From Gemmatimonadota bacterium (GTDB lineage: Bacteria; Gemmatimonadota; Gemmatimonadetes; Gemmatimonadales; GWC2-71-9), in assembly GCA_003221035.1 (NCBI GenBank), contig QHUB01000030.1, forward strand, positions 28,763 to 92,762: a stretch of 64,000 bases of DNA, given 5' to 3'. How positions within the stretch are numbered: position 1 is the stretch's first letter; each line of letters starts with the position of its first letter. The position numbers and the translations under genes are program-made. This document shows, in pieces, positions 28,888-39,952 of this stretch. The notes under the pieces were generated by a model that had not been told where the DNA came from, made no database searches, and worked only from the letters and a program-made list of their open reading frames with translations.

Positions 28888-29701
28888 TTGCGTCGCGATT
28901 CAGGGTGAAGCGGGGTCGTTCAGTCACGCGGCCGCGCTCGAGATGCACGGTCCCACCCTCGAGCTCGTCACCTGTCCCACGTTTGTGGAGCTGTTTCGGG
29001 CGGTCGAAACGGGAAGGGCCACGCGCGGCATGGTGCCGATCGAGAACACGCTCGCGGGCTCGGTCCACGAGAACTACGACTTGCTCAGCGCCCACGTCCT
29101 GCACGTCGTCTCCGAGACCGCGCTGCGCATTCGCCACTGCCTGATCGCTCCGCCGCGCACCACCCTGGCTGAGATCCGGCGCGTTGCCTCACACCCGGTC
29201 GCGCTGGCGCAGTGCCGCCAGTTCTTCCTGGCCCATCCGGGCGTCGAGGCAGTGCCGGCGTACGACACGGCCGGCAGCGTGCGCGATGTCATGTCCGGGA
29301 ATGTCGCGGCCGACGCGGCCATCGCGTCGAAGCTCGCGGCGGATCTGTACGGCGCCGATGTCGTCGTCGAGGGGCTGGAGGATCACGCCGAGAATTACAC
29401 GCGCTTTCTCGTGGTCGCGCGCGAACCCGCGGGGCGCGAGCCGGCGCGGCCCAACAAGACGTCGCTGATCGTGTCGCTTGGCAATACGCCCGGCTCGCTG
29501 TATCGGGCGCTGGGCGTCTTCGCCGACCGCGGATTGAACCTGACCAAGATCGAATCCCGGCCGCTCCCGGGGCGCCCGTGGCAGTACCTCTTCTACCTCG
29601 ATGTCGTCGATGGCGGCAACGGACTCGTGGAGGCGCTCGAAGCGCTGCGGCCCTTCACGTCCAGTATCCGCGTCCTCGGGACCTATCCCGCGCGCGACTA
29701 G
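28880..29701 (+). CDS. pheA: Prephenate dehydratase (with C-terminal ACT domain)
   Basis: [40 protein letters not shown] motif ([21 protein letters not shown]). 8-nt overlap with the ilvD end. Confidence 0.9.
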   Translation: MVDCVAIQGEAGSFSHAAALEMHGPTLELVTCPTFVELFRAVETGRATRGMVPIENTLAGSVHENYDLLSAHVLHVVSETALRIRHCLIAPPRTTLAEIRRVASHPVALAQCRQFFLAHPGVEAVPAYDTAGSVRDVMSGNVAADAAIASKLAADLYGADVVVEGLEDHAENYTRFLVVAREPAGREPARPNKTSLIVSLGNTPGSLYRALGVFADRGLNLTKIESRPLPGRPWQYLFYLDVVDGGNGLVEALEALRPFTSSIRVLGTYPARD

Positions 29702-31401
29702 GCGCGGTTCGCCAGCACCGCCCGGAGCTGGTCGGGATCGACAGGCTTCAGGAGCCGCACGTCGATTCCCGCTGCCTCTGATTGCCGGTCATGCTCGCGG
29801 CCCCACCCGGTGATCGCGACGAGGAATGTCTTCTGCGCCCATGACTGCTGCCGGAGCCGCCGCGCCACCTCGTAGCCGTGCAGCGTCGGCAGACCCAGGT
29901 CCAACAGCACCACCTGTGGCCGGAAGTCCTCGGCGATCTGGAGCGCCGCGTTTCCGTCGTGCGCGACCCGCGTTTCCTGACCCCACTCCTGCAGCATGAG
30001 GTCCATCATCGAGGCGGTGTCGCGGTTGTCCTCGATAATCAGCACACGCTGGCTGGGGATGGGGACCGGCGCCGGCTTGGTCTCCGCGGCGATGCCCGTC
30101 TTCCCATGCTCTCCGGCCGGGCCCACGGTGTTGAGCTGGATGACGAACTCGGCACCGCGGCCTGGGCCGGCGCTGAAGGCGCTGAGCGTACCGCCGTGCA
30201 TCTCGGTCAGTCGCCGCGCCAGCGGCAAACCGATGCCGAGGCCGCCATGACCGGTGTGTGAGACCTCTCGCCCTTGCACGAACAGCTCGAAGATGCGTCC
30301 GAGCAGCTCCCGCTCGATGCCCGCGCCCTTGTCGATCACTTTGATCAACACGTGCGGTCCCGAAACCACGGCCGAGAGGTCGATGCGCGCGCCCTCCGCT
30401 GAGTAGCGGGAGGCGTTGTCGAGGAGGTTCCCGAGCACCTGCGCCAGCCGCGCCGGATCGCCGTCTACGTAGACCGGCTCGGCGGGGAGCAGCACGTTCA
30501 CCGTCTGGTCGCGCTTCTCGACGAGCGGCCGAACGGTCTCCAGCGCGCTCTCGACGATATCACGGATCGCGACGCGTGTCCGCTGGAGCGTCAGCTTGTC
30601 GCGCGTAATGCGGCTGACATCCAGCAAATCGCTGGTCAGACGGGTCAGTTGCCGAATCTGCCGCGCGAACACCCCGCTCAGCGATTGCAGGTCGGCATTG
30701 TCGCCCCCCTTGAGGCGCAACGCTTCGCTGGCGGTCCGGAGCGCGGACAAGGGGTTGCGGAGCTCGTGGGCGAGCATCGCGAGGAACTCGTCCTTGCGCC
30801 GCGCCGACTCCGCCAGTGCCACCGTGCGCTCGCTCACCCGCTGCTCGAGCTCGTCGTTGCCGCGCTTCAACGCTTCGGCCATGCGCTGCCGCTCGGCAAT
30901 CTGGCGCTGCAGCTCGAGATTCATGCGCGATAACGCGCGCCGTTTGCGATACAGCTCGACGAACACGGCGACTTTGGAGCGGAGAATCTGCGGATCGAGC
31001 GGCTTGGTGAGATAATCCACCGCGCCGACGCTGTAGCCGCGCAGCTCGTCCTGCTTGTCCAGCATGCGCGCCGTCAGGAACAGAATCGGCACCTGACGCG
31101 TGCGCTCCCGACGCTTGATCATCGTCGCCAGGTCGAAGCCGCTCATGCCGGGCATCATGACATCGAGCACGATCGCGGCGAAATCCTGGTCGAGGAGTGC
31201 GAGCAGCGCCTCGTCCGCGGTGCGCGCCAGCACGAACCGGCAGCCCGTGCTCGCGAGCGTCGCCTCGAGCGCATCGAGGTTCGCCGGCTGATCGTCCACG
31301 AGCAGAATGGGGACGGCCTCGTCGCTGCCCGGAAGAAGCGGCGGGATGCCGGGACCGCGATCGGACGTGGCCGGATGTGACGGCGTCTGGCTCATCTTCA
31401 T
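29698..31401 (-). CDS. Hybrid histidine kinase: REC-coiled coil-HisKA-HATPase-REC
   Basis: N-terminal receiver (ILLVDDQPANL...VLDVMMPGMSG). H-box FLAMLAHELRNPLSAL. G-boxes (DKGAGI, GGLGIGL). C-terminal receiver (VLIIEDNRD...LLDLGLPTLHG). ATGA overlap with the upstream kinase stop. Confidence 0.85.
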   Translation of the reverse strand: MKMSQTPSHPATSDRGPGIPPLLPGSDEAVPILLVDDQPANLDALEATLASTGCRFVLARTADEALLALLDQDFAAIVLDVMMPGMSGFDLATMIKRRERTRQVPILFLTARMLDKQDELRGYSVGAVDYLTKPLDPQILRSKVAVFVELYRKRRALSRMNLELQRQIAERQRMAEALKRGNDELEQRVSERTVALAESARRKDEFLAMLAHELRNPLSALRTASEALRLKGGDNADLQSLSGVFARQIRQLTRLTSDLLDVSRITRDKLTLQRTRVAIRDIVESALETVRPLVEKRDQTVNVLLPAEPVYVDGDPARLAQVLGNLLDNASRYSAEGARIDLSAVVSGPHVLIKVIDKGAGIERELLGRIFELFVQGREVSHTGHGGLGIGLPLARRLTEMHGGTLSAFSAGPGRGAEFVIQLNTVGPAGEHGKTGIAAETKPAPVPIPSQRVLIIEDNRDTASMMDLMLQEWGQETRVAHDGNAALQIAEDFRPQVVLLDLGLPTLHGYEVARRLRQQSWAQKTFLVAITGWGREHDRQSEAAGIDVRLLKPVDPDQLRAVLANRA

Positions 31402-34400
31402 CGGTGCAACCAGACGCGGAGCAGCGAGAGCAGCTGATGCGCGTCCACAGGTTTGGCGATGTAGTCCGACGCGCCCGCGTGCAGGCAGCGCTCGCGGTCA
31501 CCCTTCATGGCCTTCGCGGTCAGCGCGATGATCGGCAGGCTGCGAAACCGCCGATCCAGACGAATCTCGCGGATCGTCGTGTAGCCGTCCATGTCGGGCA
31601 TCATGATATCCATCAGCACCGCGCTGATCCCGGGCGTCTGCTCGATCAGCTCGATGGCGTGGCGTCCCGTCGTTGCGCTGGTCACCTCGATGCCCTCGTT
31701 TTCGAGCAGCGTCGTGAGCGCGAAGATGTTGCGTGCGTCATCGTCTACGACCAGCACGCGCTCGCCGCGCAGCAGCTCGGTGGACCCATACAGGCGATCG
31801 AGCAGCTGCTGCTTCTCCGGCGGCAGCTCCTTGATCACGCGATGCAGGAACAGCGCGGTCTCGTCGAACAACCGCTCGGGCGACTGTACATCCTTGAGCA
31901 CCACGCTCGTGGACAGCGTTTTGAGGCGCTCTTCCTCTTTCGTCGTCAGCGCCTTGCCGGTGAACACGACGATGGGGACGTCGCGCAACCGTTGGTCGGT
32001 CTGCACGCGCTCCAGCAGGTCGAGGCCGCTCATGTCGGGCAGCCGCAGATCCACGACGCAGCAGTCGAACGACGACTCGAACAGCATGTGCAGCGCCTCG
32101 CCGCCGGTGGGCACGGCCGTGATCTCGATATCGTCATGCGCCAGCAGCTCGACGATTCCCTGACGCTCGATCTCGTTGTCCTCCACCACGAGCAGGCGCT
32201 TGGTGTGCGGCTTCGCGTACGTCTTCAGCCGCTCGAGCGCGTTCTCGAGGTCGGTCGTCGTCGCGGGCTTCACGAGATAGGAGAAAGCGCCGTGCGACAG
32301 GCCGTGCTGGCGATCTTCCACGACCGAGATCATCTGCACGGGGATGTGCCGGGTCGCCGGGTCGAGCTTGAGGTTGCTCAACACCGACCAGCCGAGCGTA
32401 TCCGGCAGGAAGAGGTCGAGGGTGATGGCCGTGGGCTGATATTCGCGCGCCAGCGCCAGTGCCAGGTGGCCGCGGTTCGCGACGATACCCTTGAAGCCTT
32501 TGTCGCGCGCGAGTCCCAACAACACCCGCGCGTAGTGCGGATCGTCGTCCACAATCAACAGGATGTTCTCGTCGCTGCCCGGCGTGATCGCGTCGCGATC
32601 GTCCGGCACGACCTCGTCTGACCGCGTCGCGCTCAATATCGGGGTCGCCAGGAATGGTCCGCTGGTCGCCGGATCGCGCGACGGCGTGGGGACACGCGAA
32701 GGGCCGGCGTAGTCGAGCGGCAAGTACAGGGTGAACGTGCTGCCCTGTCCCGGCGAGCTGGTCAGCCGGATATCGCCACCGAGCAGGCTGGCGAGCTCGC
32801 GGCTGATCGCGAGGCCGAGCCCGGTGCCGCCGTACTTGCGGCTCGTGCCCGCGTCGGCCTGGTGGAACGCCTCGAAGATGAGCTTCTGCTTGTCCGCGGC
32901 AATGCCGATTCCGGTGTCGGTCACCGCAAACGCCACGACGCTTCCGGGCTGGGCGGTGCTCAGCACGGGATGCCCGGGCGACCAGCCTTCGGCTGCGCGG
33001 TGCACGGTCATCGAGACCTCGCCGCGCTCAGTGAACTTGAACGCATTCGACAGCAGGTTCTTGAGGATCTGCTGCAGCCGCTTGGCGTCGGTGCTGAAGG
33101 TTGCGGGCAGGTCCTCGTCCATCTCCAGCTTCAGCAGCACACCCTTCGACTCGGCCACGTGATGGAACGTGCGCTGCACGCTGTCGCGGATCGATGCGAA
33201 CGGAACCTCATCGATTTCGACCGTCACGGTGCCCGACTCGATCTTGGAGAGATCGAGAATGTCGGTGATCAGCGTCAGCAGATCCGTGCCGGCCGAGTGA
33301 ATGTTGCGCGCGAACTCGACCTGCTTCGAGGTCAGTGAGCCGCCGGGGTTGTCGGCGAGCTGCTGGCCCAGCAGCAGGATCGCGTTCAGCGGCGTCCGGA
33401 GCTCGTGCGACATGTTCGCGAGGAACTCGGATTTGTACTTCGACGTGAGCGCGAGCTCGGCGGCTTTCTCTTCCAGCGCCCGCCGCGCCTGTTCGACCTC
33501 CTGGTTCTTGCGCTCCACTTCGGCGTTCTGCTCCGCGAGCTGCTTCGCCTTGGTGGCCAGCTCCTCGTTGGTGTTCTGCAGCTCCGTCTGGCGCGTCTGC
33601 AGCTCCGTGGTGAGCTGCTGCGACTGCACCAGCAGGCTCTCCGTCCGCATCGTGGCTTCGATCGTGTTGAGGACGACGCCGATCGACTGCGTGAGCTGCT
33701 CGAGGAAGCTCAGGTGCGTCGGCGTGAAGGGATAGAGCGACGCCAGCTCGATGACGGCCTTGGTCTCGCCTTCGAACAGCACCGGCAGCACGACGATACT
33801 CGTCGGCAGCGCGTTGCCGAGTCCGGACCAGATCTTGGCGTAGGTCTTCGGCACGTCGTGCAGCACGATGCGCTGCTGCTCGATCGCGCACTGGCCCACG
33901 AGCCCTTCGCCGAGCGAAATGGGTCGCTGCTTGCTCGCGCGCGCGTACGTCGCGAGCGGAACCAGCTCGACCTTGCTCGTATCCGATTCGCCCAGGCGCA
34001 TCTGATAGATCGCGCCCTGCTGCGCCTTGACCAGCGGCACGAGCTCCGACAGCAGCGTCTTGCCGACGGTGACCAGGTCGCGCTGGCCCTGCAGCATGCG
34101 TGTGAACTTGGCCAGGTTCGTCTTGAGCCAGTCCTGCTCCTGGTTCGACTCCGTCGTCGCGCGCAGGTTGCGGATCATCGTGTTGATGTTGTCCTTCAGG
34201 TCCGACACCTCGCCGCGCGTGTCGACCTGAATCGAGCGCGACAGGTCACCCTGCGTCACCGCCGTCGCGACCTCCGCAATGGCGCGCACCTGCGTCGTGA
34301 GATTCGCCGCGAGCAGGTTCACGTTTCCGGTGAGATCCTTCCAGGTGCCGGCGGCGCCCGGCACGTTGGCCTGTCCGCCGAGCCGTCCTTCGACGCCCAC

Positions 34401-36308
34401 CTCGCGCGCGACGTTGGTCACCTGTTCCGCGAAAGTCGCCAGGGTGTCGGTCATGCTGTTGATCGTTTCGGCGAGCGCCGCGATTTCGCCCTTCGCCTCG
34501 ACGGTGAGCTTCTGCTGCAGATCTCCCGTCGCGACCGCGGTCACCACGCGCACGATGCCGCGCACCTGGTTCGTGAGGTTCGCGGCCATGACGTTCACCG
34601 AGTCGGTGAGGTCTTTCCACGTCCCCGCGACGCCCGGCACGTCGCCCTGGCCGCCGAGCTTGCCGTCGGTGCCCACCTCGCGCGCCACGCGCGTCACTTC
34701 CGCGGCGAACGCGTTCAGCTGGTCTACCATCGTGTTGATCGTGTTCTTGAGCTGGAGGATCTCGCCTTTCACGTCGACGGTGATCTTGCGCGACAGGTCG
34801 CCGCGCGCGATGGCGGTCGCGATGTCCGCGATGTTGCGGACCTGACCGGTGAGGTTCGACGCCATCGAGTTCACGTTGTCGGTCAGCGCTTTCCACGTCC
34901 CGGCGACGCCGGGCACTTCGGCCTGGCCGCCGAGCTTGCCTTCGGTGCCCACTTCGCGCGCCACGCGCGTCACTTCGGACGCGAACGCGTTGAGCTGGTC
35001 CACCATCGTGTTGATCGTGTTCTTCAGCTCGAGAATCTCGCCCTGCACGTCCACCGTGATCTTGCGCGACAGGTCACCCTTCGCGACGGCCGTCGTCACT
35101 TCGGCGATGTTGCGGACCTGCGCGGTGAGGTTCGAGGCCATCGAGTTCACGTTGTCGGTGAGCGCCTTCCACGTGCCGGCGACACCCGGCACTTCGGCCT
35201 GACCGCCGAGCTTGCCTTCCGTACCGACTTCGCGGGCCACGCGGCTCACCTCGGACGCGAAGGCGTTGAGCTGGTCCACCATCGTGTTGATCGTGTCCTT
35301 CAGCTCGAGAATCTCGCCCTTCACGTCGACGGTGATCTTGCGCGACAAGTCGCCGCGCGCCACGGCCGTCGTCACCGCCGCGATATTACGGACCTGCGCC
35401 GTGAGGTTCGACGCCATCGCGTTCACCGAGTCGGTCAGGTCCTTCCACGTGCCGGCGGCGCCGGGCACGACCGCCTGGCCGCCGAGCTTGCCGTCGGTGC
35501 CGACTTCGCGCGCCACGCGCGTCACTTCGGCGGCGAACGACCGCAGCTGGTCCACCATCGTGTTGATGGCTTCTTTCAGCTGGAGGATTTCGCCGCGGAC
35601 GTCCACGGTGATCTTCTTCGAGAGGTCGCCGCTCGCGACCGAAACGGTCACGTCGGCGATGTTGCGGACCTGCGCGGTGAGGTTGCCGGCCATCTGGTTG
35701 ACGGACTCGGTCAGGTCTTTCCACACGCCCGAGACGCCTTTGACTTTCGCCTGGCCGCCCAGCTTGCCCTCGGTGCCCACTTCGCGGGCCACGCGCGTCA
35801 CTTCGGCCGTGAACACCGACAGCTGGTCGATCATGGTGTTGACGAGCTTGGCCGACTGCAGGAACTCGCCTTCGAGCGGCCGCCCGTTCACGTCGAGACT
35901 CATCGCCTGGGTGAGGTCGCCTTTTGCAACGGCGCCCACTGCCCGCGTCACTTCTTTCGTCGGCCAGACGAGATCGTCGATCAGCGTGTTGACGTGACTG
36001 ACCTCCTCGGCGTGGCTCCCGACCATTCCGGACAGGTTCAGCCGCTCTCTCAGCAGCCCTTCCTTGCCGACCATCCGGGTGACGCGCGCCACTTCCCGCG
36101 CGCGCCGGTCGGCGTTCGATGCGATGTCGTTGAAGGTCTCGGCAAGCTTGCCGTCCAGACCGGAGAGCCCGGCGGGCAGTCGCGCGGCGAAGTTGCCGTC
36201 GCGGAACTCGAGCAATGCGGCCAGCAGCTGGCGCTGGAAGCCGGCAGGATCGAAATGCTCCGCGGCGTCGCGCGCGGTGCCGTGGAGCGGGCGTTGGGTC
36301 GACGTCAT
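31398..36308 (-). CDS. Cytoplasmic poly-HAMP hybrid histidine kinase: ~7 x 92-aa HAMP-pair repeats, GAF, HisKA, HATPase, three receivers (1636 aa)
   Basis: No TM helix at the N-terminus. Repeated [19 protein letters not shown].[71 protein letters not shown] units. H-box [14 protein letters not shown]. Three DD..D..K receiver modules. Confidence 0.9.
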   Translation of the reverse strand: MTSTQRPLHGTARDAAEHFDPAGFQRQLLAALLEFRDGNFAARLPAGLSGLDGKLAETFNDIASNADRRAREVARVTRMVGKEGLLRERLNLSGMVGSHAEEVSHVNTLIDDLVWPTKEVTRAVGAVAKGDLTQAMSLDVNGRPLEGEFLQSAKLVNTMIDQLSVFTAEVTRVAREVGTEGKLGGQAKVKGVSGVWKDLTESVNQMAGNLTAQVRNIADVTVSVASGDLSKKITVDVRGEILQLKEAINTMVDQLRSFAAEVTRVAREVGTDGKLGGQAVVPGAAGTWKDLTDSVNAMASNLTAQVRNIAAVTTAVARGDLSRKITVDVKGEILELKDTINTMVDQLNAFASEVSRVAREVGTEGKLGGQAEVPGVAGTWKALTDNVNSMASNLTAQVRNIAEVTTAVAKGDLSRKITVDVQGEILELKNTINTMVDQLNAFASEVTRVAREVGTEGKLGGQAEVPGVAGTWKALTDNVNSMASNLTGQVRNIADIATAIARGDLSRKITVDVKGEILQLKNTINTMVDQLNAFAAEVTRVAREVGTDGKLGGQGDVPGVAGTWKDLTDSVNVMAANLTNQVRGIVRVVTAVATGDLQQKLTVEAKGEIAALAETINSMTDTLATFAEQVTNVAREVGVEGRLGGQANVPGAAGTWKDLTGNVNLLAANLTTQVRAIAEVATAVTQGDLSRSIQVDTRGEVSDLKDNINTMIRNLRATTESNQEQDWLKTNLAKFTRMLQGQRDLVTVGKTLLSELVPLVKAQQGAIYQMRLGESDTSKVELVPLATYARASKQRPISLGEGLVGQCAIEQQRIVLHDVPKTYAKIWSGLGNALPTSIVVLPVLFEGETKAVIELASLYPFTPTHLSFLEQLTQSIGVVLNTIEATMRTESLLVQSQQLTTELQTRQTELQNTNEELATKAKQLAEQNAEVERKNQEVEQARRALEEKAAELALTSKYKSEFLANMSHELRTPLNAILLLGQQLADNPGGSLTSKQVEFARNIHSAGTDLLTLITDILDLSKIESGTVTVEIDEVPFASIRDSVQRTFHHVAESKGVLLKLEMDEDLPATFSTDAKRLQQILKNLLSNAFKFTERGEVSMTVHRAAEGWSPGHPVLSTAQPGSVVAFAVTDTGIGIAADKQKLIFEAFHQADAGTSRKYGGTGLGLAISRELASLLGGDIRLTSSPGQGSTFTLYLPLDYAGPSRVPTPSRDPATSGPFLATPILSATRSDEVVPDDRDAITPGSDENILLIVDDDPHYARVLLGLARDKGFKGIVANRGHLALALAREYQPTAITLDLFLPDTLGWSVLSNLKLDPATRHIPVQMISVVEDRQHGLSHGAFSYLVKPATTTDLENALERLKTYAKPHTKRLLVVEDNEIERQGIVELLAHDDIEITAVPTGGEALHMLFESSFDCCVVDLRLPDMSGLDLLERVQTDQRLRDVPIVVFTGKALTTKEEERLKTLSTSVVLKDVQSPERLFDETALFLHRVIKELPPEKQQLLDRLYGSTELLRGERVLVVDDDARNIFALTTLLENEGIEVTSATTGRHAIELIEQTPGISAVLMDIMMPDMDGYTTIREIRLDRRFRSLPIIALTAKAMKGDRERCLHAGASDYIAKPVDAHQLLSLLRVWLHR
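34149..36095 (-). repeat. In-frame tandem repeat, period 276 bp (92 codons), ~7 units
   Basis: Unit starts on the minus strand are at about 36095, 35804, 35528, 35252, 34976, 34700 and 34424. The two central units (35252-34977 and 34976-34701) are by eye about nine-tenths identical at DNA level. Confidence 0.85.
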
Positions 36309-36517
36309 CGCATCTCCTGTGGTACGGCTGCAACAGCGATAGCGCTAGGTAAGGCGGCTTTCAGAACTTGGGATCTATGGCGTACCCGACAATCACACCT
36401 TAGTTCGGACGGGCCTCGAACTGAAGGATTAGCTCCTCTGGAGGGAGTAGCTCCTCGACACCCTATCGGGCGCGGGTCATTATAGGCGCCTACCCTCGAA
36501 TCCAGGGAGCGCCTCCC

Positions 36518-37846
36518 ATGAAGAAGCCCACGTTGTCCCGTCGCGAGTTTCTGGAGGTCAGCACGATCGCGGGTGCCTCGCTTGCGGCACACCCGCTCAC
36601 ATTCCGCCGAGTCGCCCCCAGTGACACGGTGCGGTTCGGCATGATCGGTGTCGGGATGCAGGGCAATGGCTTGCTCGGCACGTCGATTTCGCTGCCGGGA
36701 GTCACTTGCGCCGCCGCCGCCGATCTCTACGACGGCCGCCACACACTGGCCAAGGAGATCGCCGGCGCGAACCTGCCGACCACGCGGGAGTATCGGCGCC
36801 TGCTCGACGACAAAACCATTGACTGCATCGTCGCGGCGGTGCCCGACCACTGGCACAAGCGCATGGTGGTCGAGGCGGTGAGCGCAGGGAAGGACATCTA
36901 CATCGAGAAACCGATGTCGCACACGCCGGCCGACGGCGAGGCGATGGTCGATGCCGTGAAGAAGAGCGGCAAGATCCTCCAGGTCGGCTCGCAGCGCGTG
37001 AGCTCGCAGATCTGCGCCAAGGCGAAAGACATGATCGCGCAGGGTATGCTCGGCGACCTGACGCTGGTCGAGGGCTGGCTCGGGCGCAACGATCCGTGCG
37101 GCGCGTGGGAGTATCCGCCGCCTCCGGATCTTTCCCTGAAGACGCTGGACTGGGACACCTGGCAGAACGACGTGCCGAAGCGTCCGCTCGATCCCAACAT
37201 CTTCGCGCGGTGGCGCTCCTGGAAGGAATACGGCACCGGCGTCGCGGGCGACCTGCTCGTTCACTTGATCAGCGGCATGCAGTTCATGCTCGGCATGAAC
37301 GAGGCGCCGAAACTGGCGATGTCGGTCGGCGGGATCCGGCGCTGGAAGGACGGCCGCAACATGCCCGACGTGCACGCCACCGTCTACTACTACAGCGGTG
37401 ATCTGCCCGTCTACATGCGGCTGAACCTCGGCACGGAGATGCCGGAGCAATACCGCATTCAGGGCTCCAAGGGCGTGCTCACCGTGGCCGGCAACACGCT
37501 CACCTTCTCGCCGCAGAGCGGCAAGGATCAGTATCCGTGCTATTACACGGGCAGCTATCCGGGCGCGATGCGTGCCGCATACGAACAGCAGTGGCACAAG
37601 GAACATGATCTGCAGCCCGGACAGGCGCCGCAGCTCGAAGAGAGCGTGACGTTCACGACGCCCGACTTCGACGACACGCGGCCGCACCTGTGGACTTTCT
37701 TCGAAGCCGTGCGGACGCGGAAACCGGTGGTCGAAGACGTCGTGTTCGGCCGCAACGCGGCGCTCGCCTGTCACATGGCGAACGAGGCCTACTTCCGGCG
37801 CGCCGCGGTGACGTGGGACGAGGCGTCGAAGACGATCAAGGTGTGA
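36518..37846 (+). CDS. Gfo/Idh/MocA-family oxidoreductase with Tat signal
   Basis: MKKPTLSRREFLEVSTIAGASLAA (twin-Arg). Rossmann segment VRFGMIGVGMQG. The EKP motif (IYIEKPM) is typical of the family. Confidence 0.85.
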   Translation: MKKPTLSRREFLEVSTIAGASLAAHPLTFRRVAPSDTVRFGMIGVGMQGNGLLGTSISLPGVTCAAAADLYDGRHTLAKEIAGANLPTTREYRRLLDDKTIDCIVAAVPDHWHKRMVVEAVSAGKDIYIEKPMSHTPADGEAMVDAVKKSGKILQVGSQRVSSQICAKAKDMIAQGMLGDLTLVEGWLGRNDPCGAWEYPPPPDLSLKTLDWDTWQNDVPKRPLDPNIFARWRSWKEYGTGVAGDLLVHLISGMQFMLGMNEAPKLAMSVGGIRRWKDGRNMPDVHATVYYYSGDLPVYMRLNLGTEMPEQYRIQGSKGVLTVAGNTLTFSPQSGKDQYPCYYTGSYPGAMRAAYEQQWHKEHDLQPGQAPQLEESVTFTTPDFDDTRPHLWTFFEAVRTRKPVVEDVVFGRNAALACHMANEAYFRRAAVTWDEASKTIKV

Positions 37847-39920
37847 GTCGCAGCAGTACGAGCGAGAAGGGCGTCAGCGTGTAGTGCTCGCCGGCAGGGT
37901 CGGGCCGGCCGTCGGTGTCGATGACCGTGGCCCACTTGCCGGCGGGCATTGTGAAGTCGACGTCCGCCTCGCTCGCATTGACGAGCAGGAGCATGGTGTC
38001 GCCCTTGATGGGCTGCTCTTTCTCGTCCGTTTCGTCTGTCGCGTCGCCGTTGATCATCATGCCCAGCGCGTGCGCGTCCGCGTTGTGCCAGTCTTCCTGC
38101 GCCATCTCCGCGCCATCAGCGCGCAGCCACGTCAGGTCCTTCACGTCGGCGTGCTCGACGATCTGTCCCCGAAAGAACGTCCGGCGTCGAAGCACCGGGT
38201 TTTCGGCGCGCACCTTGAACGCCATGCGGGTGAACTCGAGCAGCGCGCGCCGCCGGTCGTCCAGGGTCCAGTCGACCCAGGTGATTTCATTGTCCTGGCA
38301 GTAGCTGTTGTTGTTGCCCCGCTGGGAGCGCGCGATCTCGTCGCCGTGCGAGATCATGGGAATGCCCTGTGACAGCGCGAGCGTCGCGATGAAGTTGCGC
38401 ATCGCGCGATAGCGCGCGTCCAGGATCGTGCCGTCCTCGGTCGGTCCCTCGACGCCCCAGTTGCGGCTGAGATTGTCGTTCGAGCCATCCTGATTGTTCT
38501 CGCCGTTTGCTTCGTTGTGCTTTTCCTCGTAACTCACCAGGTCGTGCAACGGGAAGCCGTCGTGGCACGTCATGAAATTGACGCTCGCGTACGCCGCGCG
38601 CTGCGTCCATTGGTAAATGTCGGCCGAGCCCGACAGCCGGCTCGCGAGATCCGCGATCTGGCCTTCGTCCCCTTTCCAGAACCGCCGCATGGTATCCCGG
38701 TATTTGCCGTTCCACTCCGCCCACCCGACTGGAAACTTTCCGACCTGATATCCTCCCGGGCCGACGTCCCACGGCTCGGCGATGAGCTTCACCTGCGACA
38801 GCACCGGATCCTGGTGGATCACGTCGAAAAATGCGCTCAGCCGGTCGACCTCCCACAGCTCGCGCGCGAGCACCGGCGCCAGGTCGAATCGGAAGCCGTC
38901 GACGTGCATGTCGTTGACCCAGTAGCGCAGCGAATCCATGACGAGCTGCAGCGTGTTGGGGTGCCCCATGTTCAAGCTGTTGCCGGTCGCGGTGAAGTCC
39001 ATGTAGTGGCGTTGCTCGTCGGGCACGAGGTGGTAGTAGGCAGGGTTGTCGATGCCCTTGAATGCGAGCGTCGGGCCGAGGTGATTGCCTTCCGGCGTGT
39101 GGTTGTAAACGACGTCGAGGATCACCTCCAGTCCCGCGGCATGGAAGGCCCGCACCATCTGCTTGAATTCGCCGACTTGATCCTCGAGCGCGAAGCGTGA
39201 ATCGGGCGCGAGGAAGCCGATCGAGTCGTAGCCCCAGTAGTTCGCCAGCCCGCGCTCCACGAGGTGTCGGGCGCTGACACAGTGATGGATCGGCAACAGC
39301 TCGACGCTCGTGACGCCGAGCGCGCGGAGATGTTCGATGATCGGCGTTGTGCACAGGCCTAGATAGGTGCCACGCAGGCGATCCCGGACCTCGGGATGGC
39401 ACTTCGTCATCCCTTTCACGTGGCATTCATAGATCACGGTCCGGTTCCACGGAATTTTCGGCGGATGGTCGTCACCCCAGTCAAAGGCGGAATCGATCAC
39501 GACGCACTTGGGCATCGCATGCGCGGAGTTCCGGTCATCGCGCGAGCGGTCCTCATCCGGGCCGCCGATGGTGTAGCCGTAGACGGTATCGTCCCAGCGC
39601 ACCGGACCGGTGATGGCTTTGGCGTACGCATCTAGGACCAGCTTGGCGGGATTAAAGCGGAGTCCCTTATCCGGCTCGTACGGTCCGAGGACGCGGTACC
39701 CGTAGAGCTGTCCGGGACGCGCGTCCGGGAGGTAGCAGTGCCAGACCTGATTCGTGCGCTCCGTGAGTGCGATGAGCTGCGATTGGTCGGCCTGGTCGGC
39801 GGCGTCGAACAGACAGAGCTGGACGCCGGTCCCGTGTTCTGAGAACAGCGCAAAATTCACCCCCTGGCCGTCCCACGTGGCGCCCAGGGGGTAGGGTTCA
39901 CCTCGCCATACGCGCATCAT
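37836..39920 (-). CDS. glgX: Glycogen debranching enzyme
   Basis: GH13 motifs DVVYNHT, GFRFDLA, AEPWD, FMTCHDGF. N-terminal GATWDGQGVNFALFS. Confidence 0.9.
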   Translation of the reverse strand: MMRVWRGEPYPLGATWDGQGVNFALFSEHGTGVQLCLFDAADQADQSQLIALTERTNQVWHCYLPDARPGQLYGYRVLGPYEPDKGLRFNPAKLVLDAYAKAITGPVRWDDTVYGYTIGGPDEDRSRDDRNSAHAMPKCVVIDSAFDWGDDHPPKIPWNRTVIYECHVKGMTKCHPEVRDRLRGTYLGLCTTPIIEHLRALGVTSVELLPIHHCVSARHLVERGLANYWGYDSIGFLAPDSRFALEDQVGEFKQMVRAFHAAGLEVILDVVYNHTPEGNHLGPTLAFKGIDNPAYYHLVPDEQRHYMDFTATGNSLNMGHPNTLQLVMDSLRYWVNDMHVDGFRFDLAPVLARELWEVDRLSAFFDVIHQDPVLSQVKLIAEPWDVGPGGYQVGKFPVGWAEWNGKYRDTMRRFWKGDEGQIADLASRLSGSADIYQWTQRAAYASVNFMTCHDGFPLHDLVSYEEKHNEANGENNQDGSNDNLSRNWGVEGPTEDGTILDARYRAMRNFIATLALSQGIPMISHGDEIARSQRGNNNSYCQDNEITWVDWTLDDRRRALLEFTRMAFKVRAENPVLRRRTFFRGQIVEHADVKDLTWLRADGAEMAQEDWHNADAHALGMMINGDATDETDEKEQPIKGDTMLLLVNASEADVDFTMPAGKWATVIDTDGRPDPAGEHYTLTPFSLVLLRLTP

Positions 39921-39952
39921 TGTGCTACACCCGACATGACCGTCCGAAGAAA

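Noticed and set aside
29698-29701. Convergent pheA and histidine-kinase genes sharing CTAG as both stop codons. The Gfo/Idh/MocA and glgX genes likewise overlap by 11 nt at 37836-37846.
   Set aside because: This is real in the sequence but is a trivial consequence of tight packing. It implies the absence of an intergenic terminator rather than a distinct element.
34149-36095. Regular 276-bp periodicity considered as a possible CRISPR or other non-coding array
   Set aside because: There is no short repeat/unique spacer architecture. The whole region is one open frame and each period encodes a HAMP pair, so this is a protein-coding tandem repeat.
36430-36456. Direct repeat TAGCTCCTC x2 with a small CTCCTC/GAGGGAG hairpin in the kinase/oxidoreductase divergent spacer
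   Set aside because: It is too short to distinguish from chance. There is no flanking conservation to support an operator call. It is noted only as a place to look if the kinase promoter is mapped.
33405-36485. 1026-aa ORF on the plus strand opposite the poly-HAMP kinase
   Set aside because: The product is Arg/His/Asp/Leu-rich and low in complexity, with no motifs. It is exactly antisense to a gene with unmistakable HAMP, GAF and kinase domains, which is a typical long antisense ORF of high-GC DNA.
36305-37774. 489-aa minus-strand ORF, and similar plus-strand ORFs at 39920-41161, 46453-48084, 47933-49576 and 59609-60694
   Set aside because: All are antisense to genes with strong family motifs (Gfo/Idh/MocA, PilT, PreT, NCS1, malate synthase), and all have antisense-type Arg/Asp/His-rich composition.
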